A stretch of DNA of 64,000 nt from a virus. Position numbers and translations under genes: made by a program. Under the pieces are notes generated by a model that saw nothing but the letters and a program-made list of their open reading frames with translations, did no database searches and was not told the DNA's origin. This document shows positions 7,075-15,265 of this stretch, in pieces; the first letter of the stretch is position 1; each line of letters begins with the position of its first letter. The stretch lies in IMG/VR virus record IMGVR_UViG_3300045988_141012; one strand, written 5' to 3'.

Positions 7075-10000
7075 TTGGCAGTACAATACAATTCTGAAAA
7101 AGGTAAAATATATTATCCTTGGAAACAAGCAATAAAATCACTTGGAGCTAAACCACGTACTGAAATCACACAAGAAGAAATTGATTGGTGGGACGACGAG
7201 ACTAATAGTCCCAAAGAGGTTCAGGCTCATCTAAAGGGTCAGCCAAAAGAAAAACAAGCCGAAATTCTTGAATCGTACAAAATTCCAACTAAAGAGTTAG
7301 AGAAGTTTGTTACAGCACAAGAACATGCCAATGATGGCGTTGAAGAATATAAAGCCGCACTTGCTGCCGCAGGCAATCAAGGTTCAAAGTTCGGTGGTAT
7401 AGTAAAGAGTATCGGTGCAAGCCTTGCAAGTGCCGGTATTAATATGCTTATAGGCATAGGCATTGACTTACTTATCAAGGGCATTGATAAAGCAATTCAT
7501 TATAGCGAAGATTTGAGAAAAGCTTCTACGGAATTGACTAATCAGTATAAAGAAGAACAAGAATCTTTAGATGATAGTCGTCAAAGTTATGAAGAATTAG
7601 CTCAAAAAATGCAGAATGCTAATTTGACAACTGATGAAGTCAAATCAAACAAAGAAGAACTTTCAAAAATTCAACAAGACCTTATAGACAAATTTGGATT
7701 AGAAGCTGAAGGAATTGACCTTGTTAATGGTAAATACGACGAGCAAATAAAGAAACTTGATGAAATTGAAAGACAAAAAGCTAAAGATTATGTCCGTAAT
7801 GAACAAGGCAATATCGGTGCAGACAAAGATAAAATTAATAAACAAAAAAAAGTTACTACAAGACAACCAATATACGGCATATTTACTGACAATTTATTGA
7901 CTGATGCATTACCATCACTTCAAAAATCAGTATCTTTGAATACACCGACTGTTTTTTATTCAGTAAAAGGGAATATTGGTGATTTATATGAAGAACTAAC
8001 AAATGCTTATGATAAAATTGCCAAAGAAAAGGGCATAAATGAACAAACACAGGATTCTTTAGATGTAATTAATAAGTTAATAAATGGCTTAAAATATGAT
8101 GATTATGCACAATCTTTGAATAATATAAAGGAATATTCAAAAGCACTTGTGTTATCAAATAATAATTATTATGATGTTTATACAGATTTACAAAATGCTA
8201 TAAATGATTATAATACTGCATTGCAAAGTGGGGAAAATATAGATCAAGCATTTGATAACTTAACAAGAATTCAAAATAAAGTTACTTTAATCACTCAAGG
8301 TGCGGATGATGCGAAATATGCTTTTGATGATTTATTGGATAGTATTGATAGAGGTAGTGAAACCGACCACAAGATAAAAGTAGGTCTTGAAACCAATAAA
8401 GATGAAGTTCAAAATATTCTACAAAGCTTTAAAGACAACGGAGTAAAGACAACAGACCTTTTTGACATTGATATAAATGCAGACGATACTAACATTCCTG
8501 AAATTCAGCAACAATTTAAAGATTTATGTCGCATATTAGGTATCACTCAAGATGAAGTAGACACTTTACTTACAAAGCTATCAGATGACAATGTTATCAT
8601 TGACATTGACAGCGAAGCGAAATCAGTTTCAGATTTTACAAAGAATGTTACTGATTTGACTACAAGTATAAGGAAGACAGAGCGGTCTTGGAAATACTAT
8701 GCTCAAATCGCAGACGTTGTAAACGGTAAGACTGCTATGACTGATGAACAAATGTCTGATTTGGTTAAAGAATTTCCTGATTTAAAGAAAAAGTTAAAAC
8801 TTACAACTGAGGGTTGGTCTTTGGAATCAGGTGCAATGGACGTTGTTCAAAATGGTATTGCTGACCTACAATCTGCATATTTAAATGCACAAATTGATAT
8901 GTCAAATGGTGCATATAATGCAATGATGGCTCGTGTTGGTACTAATATGGAAGAATTGAATCAAATCCAAAATATTAGTCAGGCATATGCTATTCTTGCT
9001 CGTAATTGGGGTAATACAAAATCACTTGCAGTCATCAATACTAATGGCAAAAATGTTATTGATACAAGTAACTTGAGTACGGATGAACAGTTTGTCGTCC
9101 AATATGCTACTATGCAAATTGCATCAAAAAAGGCAAAGGACAGACTTAAAGCTGCTAATTCTTTAGGGTCTGATGACAATGAAAAGAAAAAAGATTCGGC
9201 GAAGAGAACTTATGATAAAAAGGTTAAAGAAATCAACGAGAAACAATATGATGCTGATTTCAAATATCAAATTGATACTGTAACAAATGCTTTAAAAGCC
9301 TATACAGAACAAGTTGAAGCCTTAAAAACTGCATATGACGGTTTATATGAAAAAGATTATTCCGGTAAAATGGATTTGCTTAATCAGAGGTACTTGGTTC
9401 AGACTCAATATGCTCAAAGATTACATCAAGAATTAGATAGTTTAATAAATTCAGTTCCTGAAACCTCATCTTCTTGGTCGGAATTAGCTTCTACTCTTGA
9501 AACAGTATCAAATGATTACTTCGAAGCTCAGAAAAATCTTATAGAATATCGTGATACAATTTACGAAACATCCATTGATTCAATAAGCGACTCTGCAAAA
9601 GGTATTGTTGACCAAGTTAAAAATGCTAAAAGTTTGTTGGATAATTCTTTTGATTATCTCAAAAATGGTTCTTTAGCAGGCGACGGTCTTTGGTCTACTC
9701 CCCTAACACCTTCTGTTTCAAAAGATAAGGTTTCTCAAGAACGAGCAGACAAGAAAAAGTTATTAGAGGAAGAAAAGAAATATCAAAATAAGATTCAAGA
9801 AATTCGTCAACGTGCAACAAAAGAAGCAAAGGATTATGATGATGCACAACGTCAAGAAGAATTACAAGACGCTTTAGACGATTACAATAGTGCTATTGAA
9901 CAAGCAACTGCTTCTGCAACGGCGGCATATACGGATTTTAACGATAGTTGGTACGAGGATACCAAGCTTACTCTTGATGAATTACAACAGTATTTTGATG

Positions 10001-13000
10001 AACACGGCATTAATATCAAACTTAATGTAAAAACTGCCGAAGAATTAGAACAAGAAGCTCAAGAAAAAGCACAAGAAGAAGGTACCAGCATTATAGATAA
10101 GACTGAGGGCAATAGTTTTTCTAATGTTAAAAGTCTTTCATCAGATAAAGCTAAATTCTATAATGACATTGCAAAAGGCAAATCAAGTGTAAAAGCAAGT
10201 GATATAAAGAATAGTATTGATGGAATTCCATTAGACGCAAAAATTAAGCGTGACGGTCATATTTATCGTGGTGATGAAGATTTAGGTACTTGGGGTGTTT
10301 CAAATCACAAGTTTGTATACGCTGAAAAGTATGCCAAAGGCGGTACAACATCACAAGGACTTACAATCACAGGTGACGGTACGGGAGTATATGCAGGACA
10401 AGAAGCGTATATAGGACAAGACGGCAAACTTCATCTATTCAATAATGAAGCACAACTATCTGAATTACCTCCGAATACTCGCATTGTCAATGCAAAAGAC
10501 TTGCAGAATATCATTAAATATACTGGTATGAAGTATTTTTATCAGCCTATTGAAAATATTCAATCTGCAACGGTTGATAAGTTTGCACAAGGCAATACAA
10601 ATGTTTCATTCTCCCCTATTCCATATAATACATTGTCTACTCAAACATTGTATTCAGATGTTAACGTACAAGCAATGGTTGAAGAGACTATTGCGGAAAT
10701 CAACAATGAGTTTAATGCTTTAAAAGGCAATATAAAATTTAGTGCGGTACAAACTGCATTCAAGAACAGTCTGACTGATAAGAAGATGTACAAAGACTTA
10801 TCAAACACTATTGTTAATATGACATCGCAGTCGCTTGACAAAGCTGATAAGAGTACACTTTCAGATTCGGTTGTTGGACTTATTTTGCAAAATTCAGTTT
10901 GGAATGATTTACCGAATGAATTGCAGAATAAATTGTCTGAATTGAATGTAAATGCAGATAATTGGACTGATTGGATACAAGACTCAAATAATTCACTTCA
11001 AGCATTTAACCTAATGCAAGATGGTGGAATGAGTAGTTGGGATTTGCTTGATAGCAACGTAACTTCTCTGTTACAACAAGCAGGTATTAATGGCAAAGAC
11101 GCTTGGGATAAATTTGTACAAGATGACCCACTACAAGCATTGACTTTGTTATCATCTTCTTGGAATAGTATGAATGATACTATTGGGCAATATATGACAG
11201 ATGCTCAAACCATTGCTGCCAATGGGGCAAGAGCTATTCAATCACTACAAATAATTGCACCGTCTATATCGGAGCAATCTTGGAACGCATTGCAAGTATT
11301 GATTGCTAATAAGATACAAGAAATCATATCATTAATGAATGAAGTGTTTGGTGAAAATACAGTTGATATGAACTTTGCTATCAATGTGGGCGGAAGTTTA
11401 CAAGGAAATGCACAGACTAACCCGCAAGGCGAAAGTGCGGTAGTCGATTCTGCCCGTAAGTATCTTGGAACACCTTATGTTTGGGGTGGTACTTCTCCAT
11501 CTGGTTTTGATTGTAGCGGATTTGTACAATATGTATTAGCTGAAAATGGTAAATCAGTGCCGAGAACTTCTCAAGAACAATTTGCGTCAGGTCAAGCTGT
11601 TGATAAAAGTAATCTTCAAGCTGGTGACTTAGTGTTCTATAATTGGAGTGGAGGAACAGAAGCAACCCATGTAGGAATATATGAAGGCAATGGTAAGATG
11701 ATTCACGCACCGCATCCAGGCGATGTTGTCAAGGAAGTTGACTTTAATTCTTACGGTCAAAATGTTTATCTTGGTGCAAGACGTTATTATAAAGGTACTG
11801 AGGGTGCATTGCCTGGACTTGCTAAACTCGGTGATGAAGCAGAAGTAAGAGGATTAAACTATCCTACACCTGAAATTCTTATCAGACAAAAGACAGGTAA
11901 AGCATATCTTACTGGTTTAGATGGCACACAGATTGTTAATCTTGACAGAGGTGATACAGTTATCCCTTATGCCGATACAAAGCGAATTTTAAACGGCAAT
12001 GTACGTCATGCTTATGCTAATGGTACACCAAATGCAAAAGACGCTATATCAAGGATTTTAGGCATAAACAATGTCAAGAATAGAGTGAATAACGGCTCTG
12101 CAAGAAGTAATAATTCGGGTATAACAAATAATACAGTTCAACAATCGTGGGATACAAATGATTTCGGACAAGGCGTAGGTAAGTCACATTCATATACCGC
12201 TTTTGACGAAAATGGATATTTGGGTTCATCGCTTGGATATTGGGATACAAGTTCAAGTGCTTGGAAACTATTTAAGAAGTTGTTGGATAGCGGTGATTTA
12301 TCAACCGATGAGAATGGCATCTATACATATAAAGGTGCTCGTCTTGTAGCAATGACATCTACTTTTGGTAAGCCTGGAGATGTTATGAGATACACTCAAG
12401 ATGACGGTAGTGTATTTTACGGTATCATAATGGACGAGAAGTCGCAAGCATATACTTGGTACGATAATAACCCTGCCAACAAGTGGGGTCATAACAACGG
12501 ACAAGATATGGTTGAATTTGAAGTTAAGAAATCAGCGATTGCTCCTGCTTATAAAGCTAACGGTGGTACTCCTCCATATGGTAATCTAAATCATGCGATT
12601 ACTTTAATTGAGAATTTAGGTTCGTTGGAAGGCTTTGATTTTTCTGATATGCCTTCTGTCGGCGGAACTTCTGTATTAACTCAAAAAATGCAAGAGTTTA
12701 TGTCTAAGCTTCAACAAGTTTATGGTACATTCAAGACTAATACTCATACATCGGCTACTAAGGTCGGCAATGTAAAGTCTTTAGGTGACAAAAAGCAAAG
12801 TAGTTATAGCTTTGATGTACCATTTACTCAAAGAGAAAAAGGTGGCATTGCTCCTGCTGGAACAGTTGTATTAGGTAATGAATATCGTAGGACTGAAGCA
12901 ACTATTGACGAAAAAGGTAATGTTGTTCCATTGGGTGACGGTACTCCACAAGTATTTGTTTCTGACAAGCCATTCCCTGTTATTAACGCTGATGACTATG

Positions 13001-13398
13001 CTAAGATTAAGAAGTATGGCGGTGATAAAAAGCCGGTACAGTTCTTAAAGAATGGTAATACATCAGTCAGTGTTAATGCCGATAATACAGACGAAGAAAA
13101 GGAACAAACTGCCGAAGAACGTAAAGCAGAAGAAAAAGAAAAAGAACGTCTTGGTTTCCTTGAAAGTATTTCTAAAAATTTAACCAAAGGCACATTGGAT
13201 GATGAAATCAAAGGTTATGATTATGATACTTTAAAAGGTTTAAAAGAAATGTCTGAATCTTGGGGGAAAGATGACGACCTTACTTCTGAAATCTTAAAGA
13301 GTTTTAAAGACTATGCTGAAGATTTCTCAAAATTGGACGATTGGATTGAGAATGACCTTGAAGATACTTTAAATACCTATAATGAAGACTTTTATTAA
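7075..13398 (+). CDS. Tail tape measure protein, segment 2, with embedded NlpC/P60 peptidase domain
   Basis: The ORF-track start is a TTG with no SD, and the frame is open from 7060. The hydrophobic Gly-rich segment GGIVKSIGASLASAGINMLIGIGIDLLI continues the motif type at the end of segment 1. Long coiled coils follow. The NlpC/P60 domain (~11440-11800) reads ARKYLGTPYVWGGTSPSGFDCSGFVQYV...THVGIYEGNGKMIHAP. Confidence 0.85.
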   Translation: MAVQYNSEKGKIYYPWKQAIKSLGAKPRTEITQEEIDWWDDETNSPKEVQAHLKGQPKEKQAEILESYKIPTKELEKFVTAQEHANDGVEEYKAALAAAGNQGSKFGGIVKSIGASLASAGINMLIGIGIDLLIKGIDKAIHYSEDLRKASTELTNQYKEEQESLDDSRQSYEELAQKMQNANLTTDEVKSNKEELSKIQQDLIDKFGLEAEGIDLVNGKYDEQIKKLDEIERQKAKDYVRNEQGNIGADKDKINKQKKVTTRQPIYGIFTDNLLTDALPSLQKSVSLNTPTVFYSVKGNIGDLYEELTNAYDKIAKEKGINEQTQDSLDVINKLINGLKYDDYAQSLNNIKEYSKALVLSNNNYYDVYTDLQNAINDYNTALQSGENIDQAFDNLTRIQNKVTLITQGADDAKYAFDDLLDSIDRGSETDHKIKVGLETNKDEVQNILQSFKDNGVKTTDLFDIDINADDTNIPEIQQQFKDLCRILGITQDEVDTLLTKLSDDNVIIDIDSEAKSVSDFTKNVTDLTTSIRKTERSWKYYAQIADVVNGKTAMTDEQMSDLVKEFPDLKKKLKLTTEGWSLESGAMDVVQNGIADLQSAYLNAQIDMSNGAYNAMMARVGTNMEELNQIQNISQAYAILARNWGNTKSLAVINTNGKNVIDTSNLSTDEQFVVQYATMQIASKKAKDRLKAANSLGSDDNEKKKDSAKRTYDKKVKEINEKQYDADFKYQIDTVTNALKAYTEQVEALKTAYDGLYEKDYSGKMDLLNQRYLVQTQYAQRLHQELDSLINSVPETSSSWSELASTLETVSNDYFEAQKNLIEYRDTIYETSIDSISDSAKGIVDQVKNAKSLLDNSFDYLKNGSLAGDGLWSTPLTPSVSKDKVSQERADKKKLLEEEKKYQNKIQEIRQRATKEAKDYDDAQRQEELQDALDDYNSAIEQATASATAAYTDFNDSWYEDTKLTLDELQQYFDEHGINIKLNVKTAEELEQEAQEKAQEEGTSIIDKTEGNSFSNVKSLSSDKAKFYNDIAKGKSSVKASDIKNSIDGIPLDAKIKRDGHIYRGDEDLGTWGVSNHKFVYAEKYAKGGTTSQGLTITGDGTGVYAGQEAYIGQDGKLHLFNNEAQLSELPPNTRIVNAKDLQNIIKYTGMKYFYQPIENIQSATVDKFAQGNTNVSFSPIPYNTLSTQTLYSDVNVQAMVEETIAEINNEFNALKGNIKFSAVQTAFKNSLTDKKMYKDLSNTIVNMTSQSLDKADKSTLSDSVVGLILQNSVWNDLPNELQNKLSELNVNADNWTDWIQDSNNSLQAFNLMQDGGMSSWDLLDSNVTSLLQQAGINGKDAWDKFVQDDPLQALTLLSSSWNSMNDTIGQYMTDAQTIAANGARAIQSLQIIAPSISEQSWNALQVLIANKIQEIISLMNEVFGENTVDMNFAINVGGSLQGNAQTNPQGESAVVDSARKYLGTPYVWGGTSPSGFDCSGFVQYVLAENGKSVPRTSQEQFASGQAVDKSNLQAGDLVFYNWSGGTEATHVGIYEGNGKMIHAPHPGDVVKEVDFNSYGQNVYLGARRYYKGTEGALPGLAKLGDEAEVRGLNYPTPEILIRQKTGKAYLTGLDGTQIVNLDRGDTVIPYADTKRILNGNVRHAYANGTPNAKDAISRILGINNVKNRVNNGSARSNNSGITNNTVQQSWDTNDFGQGVGKSHSYTAFDENGYLGSSLGYWDTSSSAWKLFKKLLDSGDLSTDENGIYTYKGARLVAMTSTFGKPGDVMRYTQDDGSVFYGIIMDEKSQAYTWYDNNPANKWGHNNGQDMVEFEVKKSAIAPAYKANGGTPPYGNLNHAITLIENLGSLEGFDFSDMPSVGGTSVLTQKMQEFMSKLQQVYGTFKTNTHTSATKVGNVKSLGDKKQSSYSFDVPFTQREKGGIAPAGTVVLGNEYRRTEATIDEKGNVVPLGDGTPQVFVSDKPFPVINADDYAKIKKYGGDKKPVQFLKNGNTSVSVNADNTDEEKEQTAEERKAEEKEKERLGFLESISKNLTKGTLDDEIKGYDYDTLKGLKEMSESWGKDDDLTSEILKSFKDYAEDFSKLDDWIENDLEDTLNTYNEDFY

Positions 13399-13900
13399 AC
13401 GAGTCAAGAACACTCGTGACTTTAGTCATGAGATGAATTGACGAGAATAGTAAGCACGTAGGGAAACTTGCGTGTAGTGGTGCTTATGGCATCCAATACT
13501 ACTTGAATTGCTGGAAATTCCTAAAGCTATTCAAACTACAACGTAATATCTTCAAAGATATAAGCGTGAATGTGACGAAAGTAGAAAAAATTGAATAGAT
13601 GGTGCAAGGTTAAATCCTAAACACTAAAATAATGGATAATCAGCAGCTAAGACCGAAAGGTAAAGTTCAACGACCATTCCTCTTGAGGGAAGTAGGGACA
13701 AGCGTCCCGAAGTGGGTAGACCCTAACGTGTAATGACGAGGGATAAGATATGGTCTGTGCTTATAGGAAACTATAAGATACCTACTGCTAAACCATAAGG
13801 CAGATAAGGATACATAGAATTAGCGACTCTATGTGAACGACAACCTCTAAAACGATTAAAGAATCTTACGGTTCTTATATATTATTTAAAACTTAATAAC
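13392..13900 (+). ncRNA. Group I intron catalytic core (intron B, IStron 5' module)
   Basis: Candidate P1 pairs GACTT (13387-91) with GAGTC (13401-05), with a U.G pair at the junction. GCTGGAAATTCCTAAAGC lies at 13510-27 and GTGACGAAAGT at 13572-82. P7 is AGACC 13718-22 / GGTCT 13752-56. The S-like element is ATAAGATATGGTCTG. P9 is CTTATAG-GAAA-CTATAAG (13760-77). Confidence 0.7.
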
Positions 13901-13947
13901 CTTTCACTTTTTAAACGGAGAATAATTAAGTGAAAGGAAGTGATATT

Positions 13948-15054
13948 ATGGCTGAAAAAGCTTATAAGTATAGAATTTATCCTAATAAGAAACAACAAGA
14001 GTTAATTCAAAAAACTTTTGGTTGTACAAGATTTGTGTATAACTATTATCTTGATAAAAGGATAAAAACGTATGAGCAAGATAAAATGACTTTTACATAC
14101 AACATGTGTTCTAAAGATTTAACCCAATTAAAGAAAGAATTGAGTTGGCTAAAAGAGGTTGATTCGGTTGGATTACAATCTTCACTTAGAGATTTAGACA
14201 TGGCATATCAGAAGTTTTTTAAAGAACATTCTGGTTATCCTAAATTCAAATCAAAGAAAAATAGACATAAGTCTTATAAGACAAAAAATACAAATAACTG
14301 TTTAGGTTTTGAAAATAAGCATATTAAACTTCCTAAACTTGGATTAGTAAAAGTAAGAGATAAACAAATTCCACAAGGACGAATTTTAAATGCCACAATA
14401 TCACAAGAATCAAATGGACAATATTACTGTTCGTTATGTTGTACAGATGTTGAATTTGTACAATACGAAAAGACAAATCAGAATATTGGTATAGATTTAG
14501 GTTTAGTAGATTTTGCAATATTATCTGATGGAAATAAAATTGACAATCCTCGATTTTATGAAAAATCAGAAAAGAAACTTGCTAAATTGCAACGAGAATT
14601 ATCAAGAAAAACAATTGGTAGTAATCGTTGGAATAAAGCAAGAGTGAAAGTTACAAAATTACAAAAGCATATTTCTAATCAACGAAATGATTTCTTACAT
14701 AAGTTAACAACAAACATTGTGAAAAATTTTGATGTTATTAGTATCGAAGATTTAGATGTTAAATCTATGAGAGAAACTGATAGCAATACAAGGAATAAAC
14801 GTGTTGGCGATGTTTCTTGGTCAGAATTTAGACGAATGCTTACATATAAATGTGAATGGTATGGAAAAACAGTATCGGTAATAGACAGATATTTTCCATC
14901 AAGTCAGATTTGTCATTGTTGTGGGCATAGAGATAGTAAGAAATCAGAAGATGTTAGAATTTGGTCTTGTCCTGCCTGTAATTCAGAATTAGATAGAGAT
15001 GTAAATGCAGCTATTAATATTTTGAATGAAGGATTAAGATTGGTAAATAATTAA
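13948..15054 (+). CDS. tnpB: TnpB (IS200/IS605 OrfB-type RNA-guided nuclease)
   Basis: AAGGAAGTGA RBS + ATG at 13948. N-terminus KAYKYRIYPNKKQQELIQKTFGCTRFVYN. RuvC-like D/E/D residues in IGIDLGL, VISIEDL and DRDVNAAINI. Zn finger CHCCGH...CPACNSELDRD. Confidence 0.9.
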   Translation: MAEKAYKYRIYPNKKQQELIQKTFGCTRFVYNYYLDKRIKTYEQDKMTFTYNMCSKDLTQLKKELSWLKEVDSVGLQSSLRDLDMAYQKFFKEHSGYPKFKSKKNRHKSYKTKNTNNCLGFENKHIKLPKLGLVKVRDKQIPQGRILNATISQESNGQYYCSLCCTDVEFVQYEKTNQNIGIDLGLVDFAILSDGNKIDNPRFYEKSEKKLAKLQRELSRKTIGSNRWNKARVKVTKLQKHISNQRNDFLHKLTTNIVKNFDVISIEDLDVKSMRETDSNTRNKRVGDVSWSEFRRMLTYKCEWYGKTVSVIDRYFPSSQICHCCGHRDSKKSEDVRIWSCPACNSELDRDVNAAINILNEGLRLVNN

Positions 15055-15186
15055 ATTTTAAATAATGTATATAAGAACCGTAGGAACTACGGGGATAGCT
15101 CGGTGATACTTAACTCGTTGGAGTTATTGACCGAGAACCCTACGACTTTAGTCGTGGGAGGTTCAGAAAAAGTATTACGAAGAACA
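15000..15186 (+). ncRNA. Putative omega RNA (scaffold in tnpB 3' end/RE; guide = flanking ~20 nt)
   Basis: Hairpins are CCGTAG/CTACGG (15078-92), CTCGGT...ACCGAG enclosing TAACTC/GAGTTA (15099-15135), and CCTACGAC/GTCGTGGG (15139-58), followed by AGGTTCAG. The 5' extent and the guide (AAAAAGTATTACGAAGAACA 15167-86) are inferred from the general TnpB paradigm. Confidence 0.5.
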
Positions 15187-15265
15187 GGCAAAATATAATA
15201 CTTGGCAAACAGGATTTAGAGAAAAGACCAATGACTTTTTAAAGAATCCTACTGACGGAGATTAT

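Larger units (their letters stand above)
13392..15166 (+). mobile_element. IStron (group I intron + IS200/IS605-type tnpB + omega-RNA-like 3' tail), no tnpA; boundaries +/- a few nt
   Basis: A 5' ribozyme core is followed by tnpB and a nested-hairpin 3' tail ending GGTTCAG. The element sits between the stop of TMP segment 2 (13396-98) and a frame that is open from 15152 into TMP segment 3. Confidence 0.75.

Noticed and set aside
625-13211. Numerous 60-100 aa ORFs on the minus strand or in alternative frames inside the TMP segments (for example 625-894, 1075-1263, 1919-2131, 8979-9179, 11417-11710, 12996-13211)
   Set aside because: They lie entirely within long, clearly coding TMP frames. They have low-complexity Leu/Ser/Phe-rich translations typical of antisense AT-rich DNA and no RBS.
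13392-15166. Search for a tnpA (Y1 transposase) or homing endonuclease inside the IStron
   Set aside because: The only long ORF is tnpB. The rest is structured RNA, so the element is non-autonomous for transposition.
15157-15220. Alternative 3' splice sites for the IStron (after G15156, G15204, G15213, G15219), which are the ones in frame with the P1-supported 5' site at 13391
   Set aside because: They are not discarded outright, but 15204-15219 would leave about 40-55 nt of open, protein-like frame unexplained as intron. They also lie beyond the last scaffold hairpin. The 15166 site matches the TTCAG|AA end of the sister element. Only cDNA can decide.
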